NCBI RefSeq assembly: GCF_000219355.1
Contig: NC_015722.1
Location: 960,001-992,000, forward strand
Length of the DNA: 32,000 nucleotides
Direction of reading: 5' to 3'
From: Candidatus Midichloria mitochondrii IricVA
GTDB taxonomy: Bacteria > Pseudomonadota > Alphaproteobacteria > Rickettsiales > Midichloriaceae
Shown here: in pieces, positions 1-9,300 of the stretch
Position numbering within the stretch: the stretch's first letter is position 1
Layout of the letters: the number at the start of each line of letters is the position of its first letter
Notes under the pieces: model-generated
Told to the model about the DNA's origin: nothing
The model's database searches: none
The model's input: only the letters and a program-made list of their open reading frames with translations
Translations under genes and position numbers: made by a program

Positions 1-105
1 AATTTAAAATTATTTATACATTAATCATGTGGATTATGACAAATTCAAATTACAACTATTATCTTTTTATGCTATTTAGGAGCTTCGTACAATTTTTATA
101 AAGCA

Positions 106-663
106 ATGCTTAATTTACTGGTTGGACTTGGTAATCCGGGACAGGAATATGTTGGAACGCGGCATAATATAGGTTTTGAAGTGATAGACCGATTATCGAG
201 GAAATATGGTGTGAATAGTTTCACTAACAAATTTCATAGTTTATATACTAGGACCTCTGATGACTTAGTTCTTCTTAAGCCCGTTACTTATGTTAATAAC
301 TCAGGGGCGGCAGTTATTGAAGCTGCTAAATTTTTTAAGATTCCACCGGCTCAGATCTTTGTATTTCACGACGATTTAGATCTCAAGACGGGGAAAGTTA
401 AGGTTAAAATAGGCGGCGGGCATGGTGGCCATAATGGTTTGAGATCTATCGATCAGTATATAGGCACAGATTATTGGAGAGTGCGTATAGGGATATCTAA
501 GCCAGAATATAAAAGCAGTGTTAGCGATTATGTACTGAAAAAATTTACTAAAGAACAGAACGAAATAATTAATGTAGCGGTAGAAAAGATTGTTAAAAAC
601 ATTCATATACTAATGAAAGACGGCAAAGATAAGTTTCTTTTAGCGGTATATAATACGAATTAA
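106..663 (+). CDS. pth: peptidyl-tRNA hydrolase
   Basis: 185-aa ORF. N-terminal 'LLVGLGNPGQEYVGTRHNIGF' and 'GGGHGGHNGLRS' are characteristic Pth motifs. It is followed directly by ychF, a common pth-ychF arrangement. Confidence 0.95.
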   Translation: MLNLLVGLGNPGQEYVGTRHNIGFEVIDRLSRKYGVNSFTNKFHSLYTRTSDDLVLLKPVTYVNNSGAAVIEAAKFFKIPPAQIFVFHDDLDLKTGKVKVKIGGGHGGHNGLRSIDQYIGTDYWRVRIGISKPEYKSSVSDYVLKKFTKEQNEIINVAVEKIVKNIHILMKDGKDKFLLAVYNTN

Positions 664-675
664 ATTGAGGACAAA

Positions 676-1758
676 ATGGCTTTAAAATGTGGAATAGTGG
701 GGTTACCAAATGTGGGTAAATCAACTTTGTTTAATGCATTAACCAGCGGTATTGCCGCTGAGGCTGCAAATTATCCTTTTTGTACTATCGATCCAAATTT
801 CGGTTGCGTTTCAGTTCCAGATAAAAGGTTAGAAAAGTTAGCAGAGCTTGCAGGCTCACAAAATACCATTCATGCTCAGATCGAGCTTGTAGATATCGCT
901 GGGTTAGTTAGAGGGGCCCACGAAGGACAGGGACACGGCAATCAGTTCTTATCGCATATTAGAGAGGTGGATTGTATATTATATATTTTGCGCTGCTTTG
1001 ATGACCAAGATGTTATACACGTTGAGGGAAGAGTTGATCCTATTTCTGATAACGAAATAATAGAGACAGAATTGATATTAGCAGATATCCAAAGCCTTAC
1101 TAAAAGAATACCAAATATGGAGAAAAAATCTAAACAAAGCAAAGAAATAGCAGACCAGTTAATCTTAATTAATGAGGTACTTAAAGTGCTAAACGAAGGT
1201 AAACCCGCAAGGTCTTTGATTACTGAGCATAACCTTAATGAAATTAATAACTTACAGCTCTTAACCAGTAAACCATTTTTATATGTTTGCAATGTAGCGG
1301 AGTCAGATATAATAGATGGTAATGCATTAACTAACGCTGTATTGCAAAAGGCAAATGAAGTTGGAGCTAAGACAGTTTTAATATCCGCTCAAATTGAACA
1401 AGAAATTGCTAATCTAACAGAAAAGAGTGAGAAAGAAGCATTTTTAAAAGCTTTAGTGCTTGAAGAGAGCAGTTTACATAGGTTAATCAGAGCAAGTTAT
1501 GAAACCTTAGATTTAATCACGTTCTTTACAATAGGTCCCAAAGAAGCGCATGCCTGGACTACTCATAAGGGGGCAACTGCGCCGCAAGCAGCGGGGGTTA
1601 TCCATACCGATTTTGAGAAGGGATTTATATGTGCAGAAACAATAAGCTGTATTGACTACATGAATTACGGCAGCGAAGCAAAAGTCAAGGAAGCTGGAAA
1701 ACTGAGGCTAGAAGGCAGAGAATATAGAGTAAATGATGGTGATGTTATGCATTTTTAG
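676..1758 (+). CDS. ychF: redox-regulated ribosome-binding ATPase YchF
   Basis: 360 aa. P-loop 'GIVGLPNVGKSTLFNALT', 'DIAGLVRGA' G3 region, and a C-terminal TGS-like 'GVIHTDFEKGFI...REYRVNDGDVMHF'. A GAGGA Shine-Dalgarno lies just upstream of the ATG. Confidence 0.95.
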   Translation: MALKCGIVGLPNVGKSTLFNALTSGIAAEAANYPFCTIDPNFGCVSVPDKRLEKLAELAGSQNTIHAQIELVDIAGLVRGAHEGQGHGNQFLSHIREVDCILYILRCFDDQDVIHVEGRVDPISDNEIIETELILADIQSLTKRIPNMEKKSKQSKEIADQLILINEVLKVLNEGKPARSLITEHNLNEINNLQLLTSKPFLYVCNVAESDIIDGNALTNAVLQKANEVGAKTVLISAQIEQEIANLTEKSEKEAFLKALVLEESSLHRLIRASYETLDLITFFTIGPKEAHAWTTHKGATAPQAAGVIHTDFEKGFICAETISCIDYMNYGSEAKVKEAGKLRLEGREYRVNDGDVMHF

Positions 1759-1918
1759 ATTTAATGTTTAACTATTTTGAAATCATTACTTCGTTTATAC
1801 GCTTCTCTCCCGTTCACTGTTTTTTCCGAGAATCGGATTAGTACCCGAAAAATTTGTAGCAGCTTGGACTGCTTTGATATATAAATTGACCTCATATCTT
1901 TAAGTAAAATAAAACACA

Positions 1919-3748
1919 ATGCATAAATATCGTACGCATCACTGTAACGAATTAAGTTCGGCTGATATTGGCCAAAAAGTTAGACTATCAGGTTGGGTCC
2001 ATAGAAAAAGAGATCACGGCGGAGTTTTTTTTATAGATTTACGAGATCATTATGGTATTACTCAAATTGTCACCTCTGATCAGGATCCCGAGTTAATAAG
2101 GTTAGAAGAAAGTGCCTATGCTGAATTAGTTTCTTTAAGCTATGAAAGCGTTATTACTATTACAGGCACAGTTTTGAAAAGATCAGATGAAACAGTGAAT
2201 GGCTCAATAACTACAGGCAGGATTGAAGTCTTAATCGAAGACTTTTCTATTAACTCAAAGGCCGAGGTCCTACCATTAAATGTTAATAGCGATATGCCTT
2301 TTCCAGAAGATATTCGTTTGAAATACAGATTTTTAGATCTGAGACGCGAGAAGTTACATAAAAATATAGTTCTGCGCAATCAAGTTATTCGATTTATTAG
2401 AGAGAAGATGCATGAATTAGGATTTAATGAGTTTCAAACTCCAATTTTGACTGCCAGTTCTCCGGAGGGCGCAAGAGATTTTCTAGTCCCAAGCAGATTG
2501 CACTATGGTATGTTCTATGCATTACCTCAGGCTCCTCAGCAATTTAAACAGTTATTAATGATCTCCGGTTTTGATCGCTATTTTCAAATAGCTCCATGCT
2601 TTAGAGATGAAGATGCAAGGGCTGATAGAGCGCCAGGAGAATTTTACCAGCTAGATGTTGAAATGTCATTTGTTACCCAAGAAGACGTTTTTGCAACTAT
2701 AGAACCAGTACTTTATGGGACATTTAAGAATTTTTCAGATTTTGCAGTGACAGAAGCACCTTTTCCGCGCATTAAATATGCTGATGCGATGCTGAAATTT
2801 GGCTCAGATAAGCCGGATTTGAGAAATCCTATTGTTATATCAGATGTCACTGATCTATTTAAAGATTCAGGATTTGCTATATTTAAAGAAGCAATCGATA
2901 AGCATAGCGCGTGCGTCAGAGCGATTCCTGCTCCTCAAGCAGCTGCTCAACCCCGCAGTTTTTTTGATAAAATGGTTAGTTATGCGCAAACTGATTTGCA
3001 GGCAAAGGGCCTTGCTTATATAGTCTTTGGGGAAGATGGAATGGCAAAGGGTCCCATTGTAAAATTTTTAAATGAAGCACAATTGAGAGATTTAAAAACT
3101 CAAGTAGGTTTACAAAATGGAGATGCGGTATTCTTTATTTGCGAAAAACCAGCTCTAGCCTCCAAAATGGCTGGCCATGTTAGAACTAAGATTGGTCAAA
3201 AACTAGATTTGCTTGAGAAGGATGTTTATAAGTTATGTTGGATTATTGACTTCCCATTTTATGAATGGAACGAAGATGAGAAAAGAGTAGATTTCTCTCA
3301 TAATCCTTTCTCTATGCCACAGGGGGGTATAGAAGCTTTAGAAGCTGCAAATACCGTTGAAAAGCAGTTAGCTCTTACTGCTTACCAATATGATATCGTC
3401 TGTAATGGTATAGAGCTTTCAAGTGGGGCGATTAGGAACCATAAGCCTGAGATTATGTACAAAGCGTTTTCCTTGGTTGATTATGATAAAGATTTTGTGG
3501 ATAATAAATTTGGAGCCATGATTAAGGCATTTACTTACGGAGCCCCGCCACATGGAGGGATCGCACCTGGTATTGATAGGATAGTCATGCTACTTGCCAA
3601 TGAACCTAACATTAGAGAAGTGATTGCTTTTCCTCTTAACCAAAATGCGCAGGATCTGCTAATGGGCGCTCCTTCTTCTGTAACTGCTAAGCAGCTTAAA
3701 GAATTGAATATTAGTGTTGTGCCCAAATTAGGAAAAAAGATTGCATGA
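1919..3748 (+). CDS. aspS: aspartate--tRNA ligase (bacterial type, about 600 aa)
   Basis: 609 aa. OB-fold N-terminus '[25 protein letters not shown]', class II motifs '[10 protein letters not shown]' and '[14 protein letters not shown]', and the large bacterial insertion domain. Confidence 0.97.
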   Translation: MHKYRTHHCNELSSADIGQKVRLSGWVHRKRDHGGVFFIDLRDHYGITQIVTSDQDPELIRLEESAYAELVSLSYESVITITGTVLKRSDETVNGSITTGRIEVLIEDFSINSKAEVLPLNVNSDMPFPEDIRLKYRFLDLRREKLHKNIVLRNQVIRFIREKMHELGFNEFQTPILTASSPEGARDFLVPSRLHYGMFYALPQAPQQFKQLLMISGFDRYFQIAPCFRDEDARADRAPGEFYQLDVEMSFVTQEDVFATIEPVLYGTFKNFSDFAVTEAPFPRIKYADAMLKFGSDKPDLRNPIVISDVTDLFKDSGFAIFKEAIDKHSACVRAIPAPQAAAQPRSFFDKMVSYAQTDLQAKGLAYIVFGEDGMAKGPIVKFLNEAQLRDLKTQVGLQNGDAVFFICEKPALASKMAGHVRTKIGQKLDLLEKDVYKLCWIIDFPFYEWNEDEKRVDFSHNPFSMPQGGIEALEAANTVEKQLALTAYQYDIVCNGIELSSGAIRNHKPEIMYKAFSLVDYDKDFVDNKFGAMIKAFTYGAPPHGGIAPGIDRIVMLLANEPNIREVIAFPLNQNAQDLLMGAPSSVTAKQLKELNISVVPKLGKKIA

Positions 3749-4116
3749 TTATAGGTGTTGGCTGCGATATTGTTAAAATTTCCCGCATCTCAGACTTACT
3801 GAAAGAGTACGGGATGAGCTTTAAAAAAAAAATATTTACTGAGGATGAAATAAATTTAGGGGAGAGGTTAGACGAATTGCTGCAAGCCAGTTATTATGCA
3901 AAAAGATTTGCGGCTAAAGAAGCATTCTCTAAGGCTTTGGGAACTGGTATAGGAAATGGGTTAGGTTTTCTTGATATTGAAGTCATAAATAATGAATTAG
4001 GAGCCCCTAAAATAAATTGCCAGAAGCTAGGCAATAAGCTGGCTCACCTTTCTCTATCTGACGAGCGGGAATTTGCAATAGCGTATGTAATTGTTGAAAA
4101 GAATGGTTATAGATAA
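3745..4116 (+). CDS. acpS: holo-[acyl-carrier-protein] synthase
   Basis: 123 aa. '[15 protein letters not shown]' N-terminus and '[15 protein letters not shown]' are typical AcpS. The start overlaps the aspS stop (ATGA). Confidence 0.9.
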   Translation: MIIGVGCDIVKISRISDLLKEYGMSFKKKIFTEDEINLGERLDELLQASYYAKRFAAKEAFSKALGTGIGNGLGFLDIEVINNELGAPKINCQKLGNKLAHLSLSDEREFAIAYVIVEKNGYR

Positions 4117-4335
4117 GCCCCTCACAGCTGAGTAAAAGCCTGAGTATGTTTATTAGTACATTACTAGCGATTTTAATAGAAAAGTGAAGCTTATGTTAGG
4201 GACTTAATTAAAGGTTAATATTGCTCGTAAATAATGGGTAATATTAGTATCAATAATATGGGATAGCGGTTGCGGTGCGAAGCTTATTGTATATATTGAA
4301 CTTACGTTGAATCAAATTTTTAAGGAGGCGCTCAC

Positions 4336-5096
4336 ATGTTGGGGTTTTTGTTGTATTTTATCTCGAGAGAGACATGTAACTAAGTAGCTAAGGCTAGTTA
4401 TCATTCTAAAACTGCTCAAGAATCAGCAACCACTGCAGCTTATGAGACGTTTTGTGCTGCAAAGGATACTGCAAGAGTGGCTTCTGCGCTTCCATTAGCC
4501 TATTGTACTTATAAGGAGTTTTTGTGGAACGGTGATTGGAAATCTTCCTATTATAAGTGCTGCATCTACAATAGCTAAATATACTGTTTCACCTATCGCG
4601 TCAACTGTTATATCGGGAGTAGCAAGCGTGCTAGGATGTGCAGCTAAAGGCCTTGTATTTTTATCCGGTTTCTGCTTTTGCTCTGGTTACAGGACTTACT
4701 TTCTGTAAAACCGGAGATATACAGCGCTTACAGCCCGTAATTGAGAAAACTGGGTCTGCATTGTACCATACAGGCAATGCGGGCAAGAAGCAGGAACTTC
4801 TGCTTATCATGGGGCTAAAGCGATTGGAGGAGCCGTTAGTGATCTTTTATCAGGAAAGGAAACTTGGCTACGGAAATGGCACGTGAATTAAAACTCGCCG
4901 AGCATGAGAAAGATGTGGCTTATGCATATGACATGCCAAGTACAGACTTCGTTATGTGAGTGACAATCCTTATGAGGGGATAAGCTCTCTTTTTGGCGAA
5001 GAATCACATTTGTGTTAGCAATAACGGAGTAGATTACTTTATGCAGCTGGTATTGGTGCTATTGGTGCCAATTAGCCGGCCGCATAAAAAAAGAGT
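4336..5096 (+). pseudogene. decayed gene of unknown function (Ala/Gly/Ser/Thr-rich, hydrophobic segments)
   Basis: Strong SD 'AAGGAGG' (4322-4328) lies 7 nt before the ATG at 4336. There is an in-frame TAA at codon 16 (4381-4383), then 64 open codons. Reading then continues only by switching frames (for example 'ISAASTIAKYTVSPIASTVISGVASVLGCAAKGLVFLSG', then the 4638-4886 ORF, then 'AAGIGAIGAN'). No recognisable family. The 3' end is approximate. Confidence 0.35.
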
Positions 5097-5177
5097 AGAC
5101 TAGCGTTTTATTTTTGCATGACTAACACTTCAAGTGAATATTTTTAAGTAAATCACTGCTTAATTAATGTAAAAATT

Positions 5178-5987
5178 GGCATTGCCTAATATTTATAGAT
5201 AGGAGTTTCAAATCCAGCAGATGCCTATGGAAGAAGAGGGTAAGAGTAGCGCAAAGCATCCTCAGGAATTTGCTGTAGCGCTTCGTTCTTCGATTAAAAC
5301 TAGCTTGATAATGCCTCTTAAAGAATTCTTTGATTCTACCAATGATGTCTCAGCTTTTGTTCTGTGATGGTGCGTGGAGATTTTATAGTATTCATAAACG
5401 CTGTAATCATCTGTACATGCTCATTTATAACGTTCCTCAAAGCCTAAATGACAGGTTCAGGTGGGTTGCCTTACTCCCCGGTCACCTACTTCAAAATCAA
5501 TAATTTCACCCGCTCCTCTATCAACTGCAATCAATATAAAGGTGTACCCCACTTCCATTCTTTGGTCTTTTTTTATATATGTGCACAGCTCGCCAATCTC
5601 TAGGACCTCGATATCCTTAAGTGACTTTGTGCTGTTGCAGCTCTTATCTAACTTTTCTTGCACATAGCGCCCCCCCGTCCTTCGATCCATGAAGATATTT
5701 GGCTGTTATGGATTCCAGTCAGTCTCTCTATCGTCCTAATCCCGCAGTCCTCAAGATTAGGTTTTAAGTCTATCATTCATAGTGTATTTCTGTCGCTTAT
5801 TACCTTCTCGGTAATTCTTTTTGCAATTCTTGCACCTATTTACCTCTTGCTGTCCCTATACCACACCATTCTTCACCTGCTCGCTAGAGCCGCAATATTT
5901 ACACTTGATTGTCCATTTCTACTCCACCTATTCTACTAGAAGATATCAACACCCTCTCATTGCTGTCTATAATTACCAGGCATTGCC
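5178..5987 (-). mobile_element. IS1-family insertion sequence, degenerate copy A (transposase pseudogene)
   Basis: 810 bp bounded by imperfect terminal inverted repeats: GGCATTGCCTAATATTTATAGA on the left, and GGCAATGCCTGGTAATTATAGA as the reverse complement of the right end (18/22 match). The minus strand encodes a Zn-finger 'CKYCGSSEQVKKNG..CKNCKKNY' and an HTH 'GIRTIERLTGIHNSQISSWIEG'. It also encodes a DDE core 'LEIGELCTYIKK...FILIAVDRGAGEIIDFEVGDR' (ORF 5457-5690). The reading frame is broken by several stops and frameshifts. Confidence 0.8.
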
Positions 5988-6132
5988 AAATCCTTAGCGG
6001 GACACAAAAGACTTACTGTTGCAAGGCTGGTTTGCTTTTTTAACATGTCCTACCTTGCAAAGATTAAAGTACTTTAGCCATAATACTACGAGCGATAGGC
6101 TCTCAAATAGAATGCGGTACAAGAGGTTAAAC

Positions 6133-6930
6133 CTATACCATTAAATTATAAAGGATAGGGTTAGCGCCAATCATCCCGCTTCCCTCTTCTATCGTATGAT
6201 TACTTTTAAAATCTGAAACAACTCCACCTGCTTCTCTGATTAATAGAATACCTGCCGCAATATCCCAAAGTTTAATTACACCATGAACACAAAAATCAAA
6301 CCTACCACTCGCAATATATGCCATGTCTAAAGCGGCAGATCCAGTGATGCGAAATCTGGCCTTCTGCTCTTTCAAAAGCAAATGAATTCTTTCCTCCTCA
6401 GTAGAATAACTCCCTAAAACACTACTTATGGTACCAACCGATTCTGATAGTTTTTCCCTGCTAGAGACTTTTATTTTTCTCTCTGCATAAAGGTCATCTA
6501 TATAATAAGCTCCTTTGCCCTTTTCACTCCAGTAAATATCTCTTGTAATTGGACAATAGACAATCCCGGCAATAATTTCTTTTTCTGTATTGGTCCTTTC
6601 AAGCGCAATTGAGACGCAAAAATGCGGATTACCACGCATAAAATTTGACGTTCCATCAATAGCATCAACTATCCACCGATAATTAAATTCAGGGTCATTT
6701 ATAATTTCTCCCCGCTCTTCTAACAAGAAGTTGCTATCAGGAAAAAAATGAGACAACTCTCTAATGATAATTTTCTCTGCCTTTACATCAGCGTTGGTTA
6801 CAAATCCTCCTAAATCCTTTTTAGAGACCTGCAACTTCTCTAACTCATAAAAATCCCTGGTAATGGCATTACTTACCTTATCACAAGTTTTTATTAAAAA
6901 ATTTATTAGGTTAGATCTCTTGCTATGCAT
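6133..6930 (-). CDS. suhB: inositol monophosphatase family protein (SuhB-like)
   Basis: 265 aa. IMPase motifs 'LLEERGE', 'WIVDAIDGTSNF' and 'LWDIAAGILLIREAGG'. Confidence 0.85.
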   Translation of the reverse strand: MHSKRSNLINFLIKTCDKVSNAITRDFYELEKLQVSKKDLGGFVTNADVKAEKIIIRELSHFFPDSNFLLEERGEIINDPEFNYRWIVDAIDGTSNFMRGNPHFCVSIALERTNTEKEIIAGIVYCPITRDIYWSEKGKGAYYIDDLYAERKIKVSSREKLSESVGTISSVLGSYSTEEERIHLLLKEQKARFRITGSAALDMAYIASGRFDFCVHGVIKLWDIAAGILLIREAGGVVSDFKSNHTIEEGSGMIGANPILYNLMV

Positions 6931-6967
6931 ATTAGGTCAAAACCTGAGGAATTAGTGAAATATCAAA

Positions 6968-7009
6968 CAAAAAGGGCGCCAAAAAGTATAAACTTTTCAA
7001 CGCCTTTTT
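6968..7009 (-). terminator. rho-independent terminator-like hairpin downstream of the 7026-7235 gene
   Basis: On the minus strand: AAAAAGGCGTTGAAAAGT-TTAT-ACTTTTTGGCGCCCTTTTT. This is a long stem (GC base plus A/T and G:U pairs) followed by a T-run, 17 nt after the stop codon. Confidence 0.5.
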
Positions 7010-7025
7010 GAAACAATTTCCAAGC

Positions 7026-7235
7026 TTATAAAACTTGATAAGGAACCGGTCTTCCAGCCGCATCACGCACTAAATCACCGTTATCAAATTTAGCTGCTAC
7101 ATAATTGCCATGCCCAATTTTTCCGCCCTTATACATTACAGGTTTCACTTCTTTTCCGTCTACCTTTTTTAAAGTTGCGGAAGCACCACGATTCGCAATA
7201 TTATTCTTTGATGTTTTTGTACCCTTTGCTGCCAT
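7026..7235 (-). CDS. small basic hypothetical protein (about 69 aa)
   Basis: ORF 7026-7274. The likely start is the internal ATG at 7235 ('MAAKGTKTSKNNIANRG...'). It is Lys/Gly-rich and has its own terminator-like hairpin. No family recognised. Confidence 0.45.
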   Translation of the reverse strand: MAAKGTKTSKNNIANRGASATLKKVDGKEVKPVMYKGGKIGHGNYVAAKFDNGDLVRDAAGRPVPYQVL

Positions 7236-7345
7236 ACACTTGAACCCAATCAATCTTTGTGTTAAAAATTCCATAGTGCGATTATGGACATTTTACACAA
7301 TTAGTCAAGTGGTATTGACTTTCTATATAGTGGTTAACAATACTT

Positions 7346-7933
7346 ATGCTCTTCAACCAAGCAACTTTTTTAACTAGCGCAGCTAATTTGCGCAATTTAC
7401 CAAAAACTCAGCTACCAGAAATTGCCTTTATAGGCAGATCGAATGTTGGTAAATCAAGCCTCATCAATGCAATTGTTGGCAATGCAAAAATTGCAAAAAC
7501 TTCAAAAACTCCCGGCAGGACTCAACAAATTAATTTTTTTAAGCTCCCAGAATTTATTATAGTGGATCTACCTGGCTATGGTTATGCTTCAGCTCCAATA
7601 AAAGTGATACAAAAGTGGCAAGAATTTAACTTAGAGTACATAAAAAACCGTCAACAATTAAAACTGGTTTTTATCTTGATAGACAGTAGAATTGGGTTTA
7701 AAGAATTAGATTTAAACCTCATCGAACAACTAAATGAAGCTGGAGTTAAATGTAGAATTATCTACACTAAAGTTGACCAACTAAATAAAAGCGAAATAGA
7801 AATTTTAAAATCAATAACCACTTTTAACGATAGATACCCTCTCCTAGAGCCGAACGCTTTGATCGCGAGTAGTAAGAATAAGGAAGGTATAGAAAGAATA
7901 CGTAAGGTGATTTTGCATTATATAATTTCTTGA
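7346..7933 (+). CDS. engB: ribosome biogenesis GTP-binding protein YihA/YsxC
   Basis: 195 aa. G1 'GRSNVGKSSLINA', 'TPGRTQ', G3 'DLPGYGYA', G4 'TKVD'. The N-terminus is collinear with EngB. Confidence 0.9.
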   Translation: MLFNQATFLTSAANLRNLPKTQLPEIAFIGRSNVGKSSLINAIVGNAKIAKTSKTPGRTQQINFFKLPEFIIVDLPGYGYASAPIKVIQKWQEFNLEYIKNRQQLKLVFILIDSRIGFKELDLNLIEQLNEAGVKCRIIYTKVDQLNKSEIEILKSITTFNDRYPLLEPNALIASSKNKEGIERIRKVILHYIIS

Positions 7934-7988
7934 AATGAATTGCTTTTGTTTTATTATATATAGAAAACTTAGATAGCGTTTTTGCATC

Positions 7989-9293
7989 ATGTTAAAGGAT
8001 AGTGACAGAATTTTTTCTAATCTTTATGGACAAGATAGTGCTGATTTAAAATCTTCAAAGGAGCGCGGTGATTGGGATGAAACAATAAAATTTTTAAAAT
8101 TAGGCCCCGATGTAGTTATTGAGGAAATTAAGAAATCTGGTTTAAGAGGCAGAGGCGGGGCCGGATTCTTAACTGGAGCAAAGTGGTCTTTTATGCCTAA
8201 AAATCCAACTGAAGAAAATCCCTCTTATTTAGTCGTTAATGCAGATGAGGGTGAACCTGGAACCTGCAAAGATAGAGATATTATAAGACACGAACCTCAT
8301 AAAATTATCGAAGGATGCCTCATAGCAGGTCATGCAATCCGAGCAGAAGCCTCTTATATTTACATACGCGGTGAATTTTATAACGAAGCAATTGCTCTAC
8401 AAAAAGCAATTGATGAAGCATATGAAGCCGGATTAATTGGAAAAAATGCTTGTGGCAGCGGCAAGAATTTCGATATCTACCTACATAGAGGGGCCGGAGC
8501 TTACATTTGCGGAGAAGAAACTGCTCTTCTTAATAGCTTAGAAGGCAGGAAAGGCATGCCACGACTTAAACCTCCGGCTTTCCCAGCAGCAGTTGGTTTA
8601 TTCGGGCATCCAACAACTGTAAATAATGTCGAAACTATCGCAGTGGTTCCAGCCATTATGAGGCGTACTGCTGATTGGTTTCTCTCTCTAGGTAAACCCA
8701 ATAATAGTGGCACAAAGGTTTTTTGTATATCTGGCCATGTAAATAAGCCTTGCAACGTTGAAGCAGAAATGTCCATCCCTCTTAAGGAATTAATCGAAAA
8801 ATATGCAGGCGGAGTAAGAGGGGGTTGGGATAACCTTTTAGCCATTATTCCAGGCGGCTCATCAGTGCCAATGCTACCTAAAAAAATATGTGATGATGTT
8901 TTAATGGATTTTGATAGCCTAAGAGCGGTACAGTCAGGACTTGGAACTGCCGGGGTAATCGTTATGGATAAATCAACAGATTTGATTGAAGCAATAGCAC
9001 GATTGTCAAAATTTTATATGCATGAATCTTGTGGCCAGTGCACACCTTGTAGAGAAGGCACAGGTTGGATCTATAGAATTATGTCAAGACTGGTTAAAGG
9101 TAACGCTCATTCGGAAGAAATAGATAAACTTTTTGAAATTACTAAACAAATAGAGGGTCATACTATTTGCGCTCTTGGAGAGGCTGCTGCATGGCCCGTA
9201 CAAGGTTTAATTAGACATTTCAGAAACGAAATAGAAAATCGTATTAAAATATTCCACAACAATAGACTCTCAAAAGGAAGAAGGGCTGCATAA
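7989..9293 (+). CDS. nuoF: NADH-quinone oxidoreductase subunit F
   Basis: 434 aa. '[10 protein letters not shown]', '[14 protein letters not shown]', '[14 protein letters not shown]' and the 4Fe-4S motif '[12 protein letters not shown]'. Confidence 0.97.
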   Translation: MLKDSDRIFSNLYGQDSADLKSSKERGDWDETIKFLKLGPDVVIEEIKKSGLRGRGGAGFLTGAKWSFMPKNPTEENPSYLVVNADEGEPGTCKDRDIIRHEPHKIIEGCLIAGHAIRAEASYIYIRGEFYNEAIALQKAIDEAYEAGLIGKNACGSGKNFDIYLHRGAGAYICGEETALLNSLEGRKGMPRLKPPAFPAAVGLFGHPTTVNNVETIAVVPAIMRRTADWFLSLGKPNNSGTKVFCISGHVNKPCNVEAEMSIPLKELIEKYAGGVRGGWDNLLAIIPGGSSVPMLPKKICDDVLMDFDSLRAVQSGLGTAGVIVMDKSTDLIEAIARLSKFYMHESCGQCTPCREGTGWIYRIMSRLVKGNAHSEEIDKLFEITKQIEGHTICALGEAAAWPVQGLIRHFRNEIENRIKIFHNNRLSKGRRAA

Positions 9294-9300
9294 ATAACTC

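Noticed and set aside
4638-4886. 82-aa ORF as a stand-alone gene
   Set aside because: No SD. It is contiguous with out-of-frame open segments on both sides and is best explained as one fragment of the decayed gene starting at 4336.
5200-5216. 'GAGTTTCAAATCC' resembling a tRNA T-arm
   Set aside because: No acceptor, D or anticodon arms can be folded around it. It is part of the IS1 terminal region and is present in both copies.
5658-5939. 93-aa plus-strand ORF (and its twin at 22836-23150, plus 5461-5667) inside the IS copies
   Set aside because: They are antisense to recognisable IS1 transposase coding sequence. Their apparent conservation is just the repeat itself. Low-complexity, hydrophobic translation with no start context.
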